A stretch of DNA of 64,000 bases from Phoronis australis (GCA_002633005.1 NMRA01000645.1:165516-229515), one strand, 5' to 3'. Shown: positions 39,388 to 53,264, counted from the stretch's first letter. The notes: generated by a model from the sequence alone, not told the origin. Numbers and translations: made by a program.

Positions 39388-39493
39388 GCGAGCCCAAGAG
39401 TTGGCCGCTAAAGTCAACGATCTCTCGTCTACGAAGTCTGAAAAAGACAAGTCGAATAAAAAACAGAAAAATCGCAGGAAAATATTCTCATGA
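39388..39493 (+). CDS. SCHIP1: SCHIP1 terminal coding exon: RAQELAAKVNDLSS...RRKIFS*
   Basis: Acceptor attttcag, phase-2 start, TGA at 39491-39493. Confidence 0.85.
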
Positions 39494-41061
39494 TGTCAGA
39501 AACTTGCAATTCAGCATTTGGCATGGCAGTCTACTCAAAAGAGTTCAACGCCCTCTGTTGTCAAGGTCAGATTAAACTGATATATGATAACGTTGAATAT
39601 GGGACGAGACCCTGGTGATAACCTGGTATGGACACACCTACAAAGGACATCAACCCTGGGTGGATTGATTACTGGTGTGCGGATTTCTGTAGAAATTGTG
39701 GGAACATGACTGATTTGTTCAGTGTGTGTTGAGTCAGCAACTTATGAGTATGAAATTAACGATCGATATATTGAGTTCAGAAGTGTCTATTACTAAACCT
39801 GGACTTATAGTTTGGACATTAGCGCTTCGCGGTACAGCATTGCTCAAAGTGATAACTTGAAAACAATGAAACAGCAATCAACTTTTGTTACTAAACTCAA
39901 TGAAATTTAGTGTTTGTAAGTTGGAGTGAGGTTACTGGATTACAATGTCATCTTTGTCAGTTTCTTTAGTTAACTGAACAGAGTGCACATCTGGTAGTGA
40001 CTCTTAAGGCATTCCCTTGTGAATCACAGACAAGCGCAAGATAATTTAAATGAACTTTTCCTACTCTTGGGAATTCTTGGTTCGAATTGATAAAAAATGA
40101 CTTTTGCAAGATCACACAAGTCTACGCAAGATATCGCCATGCAAAACCAGCGGAGGACATGATCAGAGTAACATTTCTTGCATAGGTCTTGGGTCTATGT
40201 AACTCGGCCCAATGCTGTCCTTTCCCTTAGAAACAACAACTTAACACTACATTCCCTTACATTCAGCTGTCTAAATCCAAATTAGGCCTCGTACCCCTAC
40301 AAAATGGGCTCTAATTTTCCTTACGGTGATATCACTTTACATCCTTTCCAGAGATTGGATTCCCTGTGACATGGTGACATTCTGTTAGTGAAAGTGTTTG
40401 CCTGAAATTCTGACACTTGAGATTTCCACGACGAAATTGAGAAATTTGCCGAGCCAAGAAAGCTGTTGTCTTGTTTTGTTGGGTTTGCAGTTAGTTTATG
40501 CAGCATCAAGTGCTGGTTCTGTTATCGCTGAAAAATATTGTGCCCCGTGTATGTGACAAATATTGTGCCCCATGTATGTGACAAAAGCAAAATTGATGTG
40601 ACATATGCAAAAAGCACCAAAAAGTGAGACTTCCCTGTGACATTTTGAAAATTAGGAGATGTGGCACAAAAAAGCTTCTAGAGCATTTTTACGTAAAAAA
40701 ATGCTTCAGAAAATTATAGAGCTACCCAGTGCTAAAATTTAGACAGTTTCAGTGCAGTTGCAATTTATTCCTTAGACTGTTGATATAGATGTTGTTCCTG
40801 CAAGTTCAGTTTGTTAGGTTTTAGCAACATTTAGTCAGTAAGTAATAAGAACATACAGCTTCAATATTTGTGCAGAAAATTTCATTGGATCATTTAACAC
40901 CACAAAATTTTGTGTTTTTTCATCTAAGTTGCCTCTGTAAGGCCTGTGTTCTTCCATGTACTGTCATGTGCCAACAAAGTTCCCAAGGCAAAACGTCATG
41001 GATTCGTGAAGTGTAACCTTTTTAACTTTTAAGTACTAGTCGAGGTGAATTAGCAGTGAAA

Positions 41062-41140
41062 TTTGTAGCAGACATAACATGTTTTTGTAGCAGACGTAAC
41101 ATGTTTTTGTAGCAGACGTAACATGTTTTTGTGTCAGACG
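41062..41140. repeat. 22-bp minisatellite, about 3.5 copies
   Basis: Unit tttgtagcagacgtaacatgtt. Confidence 0.85.
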
Positions 41141-42578
41141 TGTGTTAATCCTACTTAATAGTCTGTAGTAGTGTGCTGCTGTATGCTGAGCAAACAAATC
41201 TAAGTCATTTGCCATGTATTCAAAAGGGACTGGTGAAATAAGTGTGATGTGCTGAATGGGTGTGCTGGATCTGTTTGATGGTCAACGTCCATGCTCAATC
41301 ACCTTCAAGTTTTTCCCTCCCATCATCTTGTCCCCAACCCTCCTAATTGCAATCAATCTCCAAATCCCTTCTAGATGCAGTTCTGTGAATTCAAAAAAAT
41401 GAACTTGATGCTGTGCAATGAATCTGCAGTCATTACCATATGCCACTACTAATATCTATGAAACTCTTAGGCAAGTTGGCCTGGTAACTTCAAACATGTT
41501 TTGGTAATTTCAAGACTAGTTTCTATGTAAAACAGTCTCCTGTTGAGATGTCTCATTGCAATATCACATCTCAACATAACAGTACGCCAGATGGCTCCGT
41601 GTTTTCATGTTATTTACGCTCACATGCGATTGTTAGGTTTTAACTTATTTTGTCAACTACTTGTCATTGTCTGGTGTGTTACACTTTCTTCAGTGTTTGT
41701 CATTGATTTCCTATGATGAAATGCTCTAGTTTATGTGCATTATTCTGTGTTGTCAAGAACTCAACGAGATTCTTTACTTTCTGCTTGTTAATGATAGTCC
41801 ATAATTATGGACATTTCAAAAACATACAAATATATGCTGCGTGAAGGGGTTAATGGCTGGCATATGCTTGTAAATTTTTCTGGAAATGTTGGTGTAAATT
41901 GTCTATTGGGATAGGAGTCAATTGCAGAAGTACTCCCCGTAAAAATGCAAGATCTGATGAAAAGATTATGTTCTGTGCAGTTAATAACATTAAAATTGAA
42001 GTTTGTTCCCTTGATTCTCTCATGTATCTATGGTACCTAGAAAGTTGTGAAGTTTATTTATTGTGATTGACAATCTGTTGATGTTTGTTTTAAAGTGATG
42101 TTATGTAATCTGAAGTCTATTTAGTGGAATGTTATGCCTGTGTAGTCAGTGGAAAGGTTTGATATAAAAGTGGTCTGCTGCCCATGCCAGCTCACAAGGA
42201 GAAGCAGACCAATGCTGCTACTTCTGGAAGCATACAACTGTTAACTCCACCTGGGGAAAATCTAAGATGCTTCATCTTAACATGATTGGAAGTTAATGAA
42301 GCAAACAAAATTGGTTCCTTCTCACCTGGTTTGTGTGACAGTTTCTTAGTACAGGAGAGGCAGGCGAATTCAGGTGTCTGTCCAAATGGACATAATTTCC
42401 ATGTTGAATGGGCATACATGATTTGCACTGGTCTCCTTTGGTTGTAAGTGGAAAGAAAGTGATTAGTATCAGGCTGTGATATTCTGAGAGACTGTAAAGA
42501 ATTTAAGATAGAGCTGGTCTTGTTCTTTGGTTAAATTTTAGTATTTCAAAGATAATAATTGTAATCCTCTGTGCTTAA

Positions 42579-43103
42579 AGGTCCTTTCATGCTAACGTCG
42601 ACACGTCGATGTTTTGGGGAGTTGCAGTCAGTATGAACGGTTAACTTCGGTCCTGGATCGAAGTTAATAGCGCCAGTTAACTCTGCAGTAAACAGGTGAA
42701 TTTAACAGCGGATCGTCGTTACTGCGGTGCAGTATGAACGGCCAACTTCAGTCCTATCATAGATACCCGTTATGGTCCCATCGAAGTTATCGCCAGGGGC
42801 TACTGTCATCGTCAACAATTTAAGGGCTGTGTCATCGCTAGTTGGTGCTTATATTTTGCTCGAATAGTCACCAATTGAATTAGAAATAAGTTTCATGCCA
42901 ATTGGCACGTGTATATGTTCCCAAATTGACGTAGTAAAAAAAAATCTTGGCGTGCACGCGATGCATCAACGCTTTCTAACTTACGATTACTTCGAGGACA
43001 ACAGTGTGACCTACTGTTTACTTCAATTTCCGCTAACTACCGTAGCCGGTATTTTGCGTCGTCACTCCGCTCAGATCGGAGTAAAGTCAGTGTGAAAGGG
43101 CGT
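42579..43103 (+). mobile_element. PIF/Harbinger-type MITE, full-length copy
   Basis: Imperfect 18-bp TIRs (aggtcctttcatgctaac / acgccctttcacactgac) with TAA on both sides. Two more partial copies in the window. Confidence 0.75.
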
Positions 43104-44787
43104 TAAATGTTTGTTCTACAATTAGTTTTCAATATTTGTTCTTACATCATAAACCTACTGGTATAGAATATGTACGATTGTGAAGTTCATTTCTGTGACT
43201 AAAGTTCTTCAGTGTATTTTACTTAATTCTTCATTAACATTACAGAGGTGCTTGTAGAAATGATATTATTGATTTAATGTAACTGTAATTCATTATTGTT
43301 TAATATTAAAATTCTCATTTCATTCATCAACTTGTTTTAATTACATGTTTATTTAAAGGGGCACTTCCTTTTCACTGGTCTCCAAAACACTAAACACGCA
43401 GAGCCAACCACACAGATTATGTTTCAAAATGTACCATACTACTCTGAAACGGCGCAACATGGGCATTCATTTTTTACAGGTTTTGCCAACTGTCCTAGCT
43501 CTCACGATTGCCTGCATGTCGTATGAATACGGAAAACTAAGTGCGTTCTTGCATTTTTAAAAGGATACCAAATCCGGGTTTGGCCTATTGACTGATTATA
43601 AAATGACTTTCCCACTCAGTTCTCTGAAACAAAATAATACTCTGTGATCAATGACAACCCTCAAAATTTTGAACACGCCTTTCAGAGTTTGTTAAACGAG
43701 CTTTTTGCGAATGACACGGCAACTGTGGGAAAGGTACACCCAGCAAGGACCCTATTGTCCAAACTTTGACATGCGGTGTATGAATTGTCACGTGCTTCTT
43801 CCTTAAAATGGATTCTAATCCCTATTTTGGTGATTTCAACCGTCCAATCCTCATTCTCTCATTTGCTGTGCATCTTTGGCGTCAACCTTAAAAGATGAAG
43901 CTGAATCAACTATGAATTCATACCCACTATCTCACGAATTGGACATTATGGTCCTCGGTGGGTGGTCTGTCTTTTCCCACAGATGCTGCGTAACTCGCTA
44001 AAAGCGCAGGCTTGTAAGGAGTTTTCTGATTTTCCTCTAAACTTTAGAGGGTTGTCGAGCCGAGAGTTAATTTCGTTTCAGAGAACTGGATGGGGAAGTC
44101 GTTTGTAATATCTGTTAATAGGATAAAACCGGGTTTGGTATACATTTAACTTGGAAGATTGACGCCAGTCATGCATTAGCAGGTGACAGAACAAGGATTG
44201 GTGGAAATCATCACAGGGTTTACCCTTTTAAAAGAGTACGAAGTAGGGAAATTGATGAATAATTACCTCACCCTACAGAAGTGTTGGAAGCTAAATGTAC
44301 TTTGAAGGCTACCTGTCCCTGCCAGTCTCCACAGTCAGAGAGTCCTATTCAGTCTTCAGGTCGCCGCAGATGTCCCTGCTTGAGAGAGTCGGTAGTTAGA
44401 TTCAAGAAGTCACGATTGGCAGTGATTGGGACGAAGCTCATTTGTAAACAATGTAATCAATGTTTTAAGAACTATTCAACTCTTGCATACCTTTTAAATG
44501 GTTACTAAATGAATAAAAAACAATATTTCATTCAGTTCCGACTCATCAGCAGACAATCAGAAAGAATAATGAATTGTCGGAGCTGTGAAACTTCAGAGTA
44601 GTGGACTTTCCGAGAAGTGAACCTTCGGAATAGTGATACCTAACCTTGGAAATCTTTTGCATCATGTTTGTTGCTCGTATGAAGTGTGCGAGGCTGTGCA
44701 CCGTCACTTATGGACAAGGGAACACTTTCTTCATTGACCAAATTGAAAGTTTCATAAGGTCTATACCTGCTTTTCCCTAGTACTGTG

Positions 44788-44949
44788 CAGTGGCGGATTT
44801 AGAGGGGGGCCAAGGGGACCATGGCCCCCTAAATTCACCCATATTCCATTTGGCAGTTCAGGGGTACGAATGTCTGACGGGCAAAATCTAAGTTCATGGC
44901 TAATGCTCTGCCCTGGCCCCCCTAACTCAAAATCCTGGATTCGCCCCTG
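44788..44949. mobile_element. Short hAT-like MITE
   Basis: CAGTGGCGGATT...GGATTCGCCCCTG termini with G/C runs. No TSD preserved. Confidence 0.55.
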
Positions 44950-45373
44950 CTTCGAACATGCTCGTTTCCTCAGTGCAAGAACACACGGTAGTTAATCTCT
45001 GGTTTTTGTTTGAGCAACGACTGCCTGTGGTGAACTTACCGTCGGGGTGTACTGGATTTAAGAGAATGAAAACGCACGCATGTGTTCACCCGCATGTGTC
45101 ACTCCACCACTTCCCAATGGACGGCTGGATGAACAACAATTATTTGACGATCACCCTCAATTCTAAATTTGAAATGCCTGCACCTTACCCTACTATGCTA
45201 GTAAGTACACCAAAATAGCAGATAACAATCATATTTTCTGCTGTTTTGATTCTTGGTCTCCGGATTTTAAGAAATTCACTCCACACGACTTTTTGAGAGC
45301 TATTTCGCTGTTAGAAAGCTCATAGCTAGTTATAGACAGTTTACTTATAGAATCCCTTGTTATCCTATGATGC

Positions 45374-45860
45374 ATCGTTGGCCAAATGCGTGAACGTAAC
45401 GCCGTTAAATTACATGCGTAACATAATTCTTGTTACAGGCGTAATTAAGTGCGGCATAAATAACAATGAGTTATCACTGGCATAAAGTAATTATTTGCGG
45501 CGTAAAGTAAATACTTGCGGCGTAAAGTAACTTTTAGCGCCGCAAATACTTACTTTACATCGAATATAAATAGGTAAATAAAACAACAAGAATGGATCAA
45601 CTGAAATTTTGGAATGTAATAACGTCCTTTGTCAACCGAAATTTCATTTGATCCATTCTTGTTGTTTTATTTACCTATTTATATTCTACATTTCGAGAAA
45701 CAATAGTATCCTTAGAAGGATCTGGATCGCCTTATTTAGTTTCAGATTTTCTACGTTACTTTACGTCGTAATGTAATAATTATACGATTACTTTACGTTT
45801 CCGAAAAGAATCAACTTACGCACGTAATAACGGCGTAACGTTCACATTTGGCCTAACGAT
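45374..45860. mobile_element. Palindromic MITE-like element containing the same hairpin core as 25300-25690
   Basis: Outer inverted repeats atcgttggccaaatg...cgccgtta / taacggcg...catttggcctaacgat, internal gcggcgtaaagtaa subrepeats, shared core 45564-45755. Confidence 0.75.
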
Positions 45861-46299
45861 AGGCCTACTATCGGACGATGTGTAGAAACCACACAGTGAA
45901 TGACAAAAAGCCTCCTCTAATCGTCTGCACGATCCTGTCATCTACGCAAAGACCACTCGGCGAAGTTTGGCCCTGGGGCCAGGTAGGGCCCGATGATTAA
46001 GCGAAGCCGGCGCTTTGAATCAGAAGCAAATTCGTCTAACCATGGTCTAACTTAGTAAAAATTATGAGTTACAAATACTACCACATGCGCGCACCCAGCG
46101 TTCAATTTGGGGGGGGGCTCGAATTCTTGGCGTCGTGGACCTTATCCTAACAAAACAGCTGGCGGACTAAAAAAAAAAAAAAAAAAAAACGGGAGTACCA
46201 CTGTGAAGTGCGCGTTCGCGCTTATTTAGTGGTCTTTTGTCCAGTTTTCTCGGACTTTTTGTCCCCCCCCGGCTACGGGCCTGCATTAGCAAAGCTGGA

Positions 46300-46620
46300 G
46301 AGAAATCAGTGGTTCGCCGGGCAGAGAACGTCACTTCCGAAGTGACGCATGTATAATGGGTTAGAGCTCACGTGATTAATTAACTTGGAAATTTAACCAA
46401 AAATGACAATAGAAACTGTTGCTCTCCACATTAACCTTCCGTTACACAGAGTGCTATTACCATTGCACACTTAGCTAAATTTCCTACTTTCTTGCCACAC
46501 GGAAGTGTTTACAAACTCTCCAGTGAGATAAATATAAAATATATAGCTCATTGGTCACGAGAGAGCTTAGTACGTGAGTCACACCAAGAGTCGGATCGGA
46601 GGCTGTATATTGTATGCTGT
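46300..46620 (+). promoter_or_regulatory. CpG-rich putative TMEM184C promoter
   Basis: Local CpG enrichment, palindrome CGTCACTTC-C-GAAGTGACG (46329-46347), TCACGTGA E-box (46368-46375), ETS-like CGGAAGTG near 46499, ATTGG near 46550. Confidence 0.55.
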
Positions 46621-47195
46621 CGATTGACAGCGTCAATGACTTGAAATCCACCGCCTGTACTCAACATTAGTGGTACAAAATTCGTAGTCAGTGGTGGACT
46701 GTTGATATTACAGAATTTTTAGACAGACAAACTCACAAAGTATCATTGGTGGTTTTTGCCAAAAGTTTTGTTATTGTATACAATCCGCCTGCTTGGTCTC
46801 GACAGATCTCTGTCTTGGATGCACTTGTGTTTTCATGACATGGACCTCTATATGTAATACACGTCGAAGGATTTGGAGTTGCCGCTGATTGACAAGTTTA
46901 AAACTTGAACCAAATGTGATATTTTGTAGCAAGTAAATGTTAACGAATTATCAGTTGTGAACTGGGAACTACAACATCTTTGGACTTTGGCGAAACATTG
47001 ACTATAGAAAGTGACATGATTCTTTAATTTTAATTTTAATATCATCTCTTTGTGTGCAATTTGGTTTTATACATGATGTAGGTTTTATAGTAAGCTAGCC
47101 ATTGCCAATAATTCTTAAGTTTACCAAACTTTCTCCACAATGGTGGCTGCTGTCAGCTTGTTGTCTTGAGTTGAGCTTTGTGTAAATCCTTTACA

Positions 47196-47440
47196 ATGGT
47201 TGACTGTTCTAACTGGCGGAGATGGCTGAAGCCCATAGTGATGTCGCTGTACCTGGTGATGTTTGTGGTCACTCTGCCACTCTGCATATGGCAGCTGCAA
47301 CTGTATCATGCAGAGTTATACATGCAAGGCTGGTTCATTGGAGGCCTGTTTGTGTTGTTTGCCATTCCCATCTCTCTGTGGGGGATTTTACAACATCTTG
47401 TCAACTATACACAGCCATTTCTACAGCGCCATATTATCAG
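47196..47440 (+). CDS. TMEM184C: TMEM184C coding exon 1: MVDCSNWRRWLKP...LQHLVNYTQPFLQRHII
   Basis: acaATGg start, donor ag|gtatat. NWRxWxxP and LQHLVxYTQPxLQ motifs of TMEM184C. Confidence 0.95.
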
Positions 47441-47678
47441 GTATATTGAGTGACAGACTTTCTGCTTGTCTTGTACCGTCCAGGGTTTTCCACAACCTGT
47501 TTTGACTCTTTGCCACGTCAGGTTTGGCTCACTTGCGATGTGTTTGAAAACTTGTGCAGCAAGTTTGAAATATTGAGAGATAAGTTGTTTTTAAGCATAT
47601 TAGTACTAGTAGGAATTTTGGACTTTTGGCACCACTTCAATGCATTTATTCTAAGACAGACTTACCACAGCTTAATAG

Positions 47679-47701
47679 TAATAATAATAATAATAATAAT
47701 A
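47679..47701. repeat. (TAA)n microsatellite
   Basis: Seen directly. Confidence 0.9.
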
Positions 47702-48755
47702 GCAAACTTTATTTATAGTGGATAAAATACAATAGATATAATAAAACATCCTTTAGCCAAAAGCTAATATCCAGCATGGTCCTCCTTGAACACGAACCTT
47801 TGAATATACATGAATTTTGTAATTGCAGTCGAGTTTCTGTTGTGTAGAGCTCTGTTGTCTACTGAGTCAAAAACTATGAGATGAGTACTTTGTTTACATA
47901 TTTTTGTCTTAACATGCTTCCAAATGCATCCTTTATGCCCAGTAATCCAATTGCATGCCTGGCCAACTACTTTCCTTATATTAGTGAAGCAATTTATTTA
48001 GTTTCATATTGTAGGGAGAGAATCTAAGGAGTGAAAGTGTTTTTTGAACAGCAATTCAATTTGTAGCGTCACTTTACCCACAATCAACAGTATCGAACTC
48101 CTTATGATTTTTGTTGAATAAGGTCTTACCTGTTACACGGAATGCTGTTCAAGTCTCAGATGCAAACGTCTTGCATTGTGTGCGTGCCATATCTTGTTTA
48201 CTGAACGCGGTCAGTAACAAGTAGAAGTAGCAGAGGAGGCAGATAACTGGGAAAGTATTCGTTTCAAGAAAAAATGCAAATTTGAAGCAGAAATGTACTT
48301 TAAATAGTACTGAAAATTCCTAAATTTTATTTAATTGAATTGCAACGTGTCAAGAAATCACTACGATGTCTACTAATAGAGACATGTTTTCAGAAACATT
48401 GAGTCTTAGGGGGTTTGAGTAGTAAGATTTTCTAGAAGTACCACAGAATGTACGTGAAGTGCAAAATACGATGAAAGGTGTAGAAAATGGGTACCGTGTT
48501 CCTAATGCTTGAAAAACTTGAATTACTTTTGTCCGAAATTGATGAGATTTTACCAAATAGAAATAATCTGGTCTTGTTAAGTGGAGCATAGGTTATTATA
48601 AGAACAATGACTATGAACACCATGTAAATGACCTCTTTTTTCGGAATGCCAAACTCTTCTTGAAATGCACCCTGTTTTTGATTTATTTCATCTCATTTAG
48701 GTTATTAACTGAGTATTACACTTTGAAAGGCTGTATACATTGTTTTTTGTTGCAG

Positions 48756-48792
48756 AATCTTGTGGATGGTTCCAATCTATGCCATAGATTCT
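48756..48792 (+). CDS. TMEM184C: TMEM184C exon 2: (R)ILWMVPIYAIDS
   Basis: tgcag acceptor, gtaagt donor, 37 nt, family hallmark motif. Confidence 0.95.
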
Positions 48793-49193
48793 GTAAGTAA
48801 TTTGATGGTTAACTGCACAATCGAGGAAGTTGACAATTCAGTTTATTAGATCATGTAAAGACAAAAAGTAGAGGTTTGCCAACAATTAACCACATTTTCT
48901 CCCCATTAACACTCTGTGAACATCTTTTATACTCAATTGTAATTGTATTGGGTCATGTTTAAGTGGGATGAATTTCCCTTAACTAAAGGTGGTAAGTTTC
49001 AAAAATAATTTTCCAAAATATGTGTCTTTAGAAAAGATAGGCAATTATCAAAAATACCAAACACTTCAATTATTTACAGTTAAAATATCTGTGTTAATAA
49101 GCACAAAACACTTTTTCTTTCATTAATAGTGTTCGGTGTTAGTCACATAATTTCAACGGTTTTCACAGTATTGTGAGCACTATTCTATTACAG

Positions 49194-49399
49194 TGGTTTG
49201 CCCTGCGGTTCCCGGGGGCCTCAATTTATCTGGCGACTGTCCGTGAATGTTATGAAGCCTATGTTATCTACAACTTCTTGATCTACCTGCTGAACTATCT
49301 TCATTCACAACATAGTGATCTGGAGACAGTTCTGGAGTGTAAACCCCCCGTGAAGCACATGATACCGCTATGTTTCTTGAAGCCATGGAGAATGGGAGG
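49194..49399 (+). CDS. TMEM184C: TMEM184C exon 3: WFALRFP...RECYEAYVIYNF...PWRMG
   Basis: ttacag acceptor, gtgagt donor, RECYEAY motif. Confidence 0.95.
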
Positions 49400-49829
49400 G
49401 TGAGTAGAACTGGTTTCAGCTTGGAAGGTATTTGGTAATAGTTACTTACAGGGTCCTGCATTTTGAGAACAAGTTTTCTCTGCTAATTAACGAGCTTCAA
49501 AATGGTTCACAAAATTCTGGGCCCCTATAAGGTTCTGATGGCAACAAACTTTGCTTAGGAATCAGTTAAAAATGATGTGTCATGGGGTCATGCCACTCGA
49601 TCGGTCATTTTGTAAATCACGACTAATACATTTTGGTGAAGTTTAGCCCAGATTTCCTTAGTCTTGCATCTGCACATAAGAGTTTACCATTGGCATGATT
49701 GAATGTTGAAAGGGGATAAACGGTCTTTGTGGAGTTTCTACATTATTTTTCTTCAGTATCTTTTAGTTGTATAATTTTTTCAGGCATGCTTTTGGTTGAA
49801 AAACCCTGTATGTAATGTTCTGTTTTCAG

Positions 49830-49904
49830 CACCTTCATTCAGCATTGCAAGCACGGTGTTATACAGTACACCATTGTGAGACCTGTGATAACAGTCATTG
49901 CTCT
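49830..49904 (+). CDS. TMEM184C: TMEM184C exon 4: TFIQHCKHGVIQYTIVRPVITVIA
   Basis: ttttcag acceptor, gtaagt donor, CKxGVxQYTxVRP motif. Confidence 0.95.
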
Positions 49905-51110
49905 GTAAGTGTTGATGGAGGACAGTCGTGAAGAAGCAGTGCCAGGCCAACATTTTTTGTGCTATATTTATAAAAATACCGTTCTTGCAAACACATGCAC
50001 CCAGACATATTTCAATCATAAAAATTGTTCCCATAACCCTAATTAATTAAGTTTACAACATTCATGAAGTGACTGAGTTAGTTTACGTACATCTTAATTT
50101 CTTAATGCATGCAATGGTAGTCTTTCAGGAAGCAATAGGGACTGATCACATGGGACCAGTGACTCATAGCGCCACCTAGTTGTACCAGGAGTTACTTAGC
50201 CTTCACAGCAGGTGGCTTAGGGGAATGGTCTGTTTTCGTGAAAAACCCTTTTTGCAATGCATGTGAATAGAAGAGATGTGTTTTAAACAAAATTTATAAA
50301 GTTCTTCCTCCTCCTCTGGGGGCCACTGGTATCTGGTCCCATGTTACCAGTTGCCAAATTGCCTTTGAAAGCCTTTCATTCTGGATACAGTTGGTCTCAA
50401 ATCAGTTATTATGTTAACACAGAAGAACACCAAGTGTGTCAGCAAAGTTGCGGATAACTAATGAGGACCAGGGGTAATGTAATTATCATTAAATAACAAT
50501 GACAATAAGAGACAATCCAAACCCTCCTCTCAGAGACAAGAGCTTTCTTCCTCTAAATCATTTTCTAATTCTCATTTTGTCATATAGTAGTGGACCCAGA
50601 GGTTTAATGTGGCCAGTCATTCCTCACACTTCTTGACCAAATTGTCCAAAGCATTGTGCTAGTCGATCTCTTTAAAATTTTGCCAATTTAGGACACAGTA
50701 TGACCGACAAGTGAACTTTTATTTTATCATTTTTTCATCAACCATGTTTTGTACCAAATTAAATGATTTTCCATTTTCAAGTTTGCACCACAGCTACCAT
50801 CAAACAAAGTTTTGAAAAACTGTGCAAATTCACATATTTAATGTTTGAAGCCCTTGAAAATAACTAAACATGCATTTTGGAATTATGTTTATCCAAAGTT
50901 CGTGAGATTTTATCGTAAATGATTGGCTCCATTCATTTGAGTGTCTACATGAGATGTGCAGAGCATGAGTGTGTTTCATTATCTGTAAATAGTGTAAAAC
51001 AGGATTTTTCTTAATAAATAACATTTTATTTACATTTCTAGAATGACTCAATAAATGAGCAAATTAATTTTCCATTCAGTGTGTTATTGTCGTCCCTGTG
51101 TTATTTCCAG

Positions 51111-51204
51111 GTTCTGTGAATGGGGCCATGTGTATGGAGAGGGCAACTTTAATTTCAAAAATGCTTGGTCTTATCTAGTCATCATCACAAACATTTCTCA
51201 AATA
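51111..51204 (+). CDS. TMEM184C: TMEM184C exon 5: FCEWGHVYGEGNFNFKNAWSYLVIITNISQI
   Basis: ttccag acceptor, gtgagt donor, YxEGNF...NAWxY motif. Confidence 0.95.
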
Positions 51205-51963
51205 GTGAGTAGATTCATTTAGCAATGTGTTCGTGTTTCTGTTTTATCATGCCATCATCAACTGCTCCAGTTTAAAACTTAATACCTAGAATCTACTTTG
51301 TACACAACTTTTCCAGCAGCAGATGTAGCTTACAGTTTGTTGGAATGCTCTTTCCCCCTGTACACAGACAGGTGAGTAGTTTATGTAAATGTCAACAGAT
51401 AGCGCTACTTGCATCACTGATGTAACCAATGGAAAAATAGTGAGGGATGCCTGGATGTAACGGAGAAACATAGAGATAAACATTGTAACATGGTACTGCA
51501 AAAATGGTCTCTTGTGGAATTATAAGAAATTTACTTTTAAATTTTGTACACGTGGCAGAAAGTGAAATTTTACGTTAGCTGAGAAGGTAAGTTTCCCCCT
51601 CGACTACACCTGAGACTTGAATATTGTATGAACACCATCTCAAAAAACGAATATACCCAAGTATGTTGCTGCAGTTTGCTCTGTACATGCTAAAATCTCG
51701 GCACTAATTTCAGACTAAAGCATTGGGGAATTTCCCTTTCCATTTTTCGAAGGCTGTAGGTCATTGTTGTGGATGTTCGTAATTTTTCAATACTGTTAAA
51801 ACATTACTTTGATGTTATTTTTCATTCATGAATAAGGGAGGAAATGAAATATCCCTTTTCCACCAGTGTTTGAAACTGGTTACATTTTATTATATGACCT
51901 ATATTTTGCGAACTAATCTGATCTCATTTTACATTGAGAACACGTCTCAGTTTTTAAAACTAA

Positions 51964-52203
<240 letters not shown>

Positions 52204-52899
52204 TAATTTCTTTTTGTTGTTGATCATTTTAAATAAGATTGACCTACATGAACTCATGAATTGTTGGTTAAACCTATATTCCTTACTGCGTACGTTCTTT
52301 CCGACTTATGAGAATGCTGAAAATTTTGATTTGATTGACAGGTATTTTTCCTGATGAAATCATTTATGGAAGTTATGCTCTTTGGAACATTTCTTTATGA
52401 CCAAATATTTTCCTTGTTCATTTGAAAAGTATAGATATCAACCCCATTGTCTGAAATTATGAAGCTTTAATATAATATAAAGCAAATATTCAACTTGGTG
52501 AGAATTACAAAATTAATTTTATTTTTGGTAACCTATACTGACATCTGTAACATGTACACATAGCACTATGCACCATGGATACAAAAGATTTATTTGGAAA
52601 TCACTCATTAATCGGGGTTGTCCTGGTAATGGTAACATTGCATACTTCATGCTTCATGTAATTATAAAGGTCCTTCTATGTGGAATTCCTTACCAGTCAC
52701 CATTTAAAATTGTACTTCGTTATACCTTTTTAGAAAAGTCTAGTTAAATCTTATTTTTCTTGTATGTAAAATTCCACTGGTAAGTTTAATTTATTTTAAT
52801 TTAACTTAAGTTAATTGTGTAATATTTTCATTGTGTACATAATTATTCAAATTAATTGTAATATTCCATTGTAATAATTGTATATTTATATGTGTACTT

Positions 52900-53112
52900 G
52901 AGCCTCGTCTGTCCGTTTCCTAAAGGCGACTGGCAGACTTGAAAACTTTCTTCACGAGGAGCCGTAATTGGGCTCTCGTGCTTTTGCTCAGGTGGGCCCA
53001 ACCATGAGGCCTGCGCACGTCTGGTGCACCGCAAATGACATCAGACCCCTGCACTGTTCTTTTTTTTGAGCCTCGACCTCTGGCTCAAAGTGCCATCAAA
53101 TTTAAATAAAGT

Positions 53113-53145
<33 letters not shown>

Positions 53146-53160
53146 CACCTATCTGTCTAC
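52900..53160 (+). mobile_element. Retroposon 3' fragment ending in AATAAA plus a (TATC)n tail
   Basis: Shares gggccc...gcctgcgcacgtct with the SINE copies. Microsatellite at about 53114-53159. Confidence 0.55.
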
Positions 53161-53164
53161 TTAG

Positions 53165-53264
53165 GCAGAGTGTGTTGATAGCCATCCTGGTCATCTCAGG
53201 GGTGATTACTTCCAACCCAAAGTTGAAGGGCTACACCACAGAGAGAATAGCCACAGGACTTCAG
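53165..53264 (+). CDS. TMEM184C: TMEM184C exon 7: QSVLIAILVISGVI...IATGLQ
   Basis: acttag acceptor, cag|gtaagg donor, in frame with both neighbours. Confidence 0.93.

Noticed and set aside
39491-39580. Stop-codon readthrough or selenocysteine at the SCHIP1 TGA
   Set aside because: No CUAG-type readthrough context, no SECIS recognised, and the extension is unremarkable.
40535-41140. CRISPR-like or regulatory arrays (short tandem units at about 40535-40585 and 41062-41140)
   Set aside because: Head-to-tail minisatellites with no unique spacers, in a eukaryotic context.
49233-49235. Ala in place of the usual Asp before RECYEAY in TMEM184C
   Set aside because: Single-residue difference judged against recalled sequences. 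Cannot be evaluated without an alignment.
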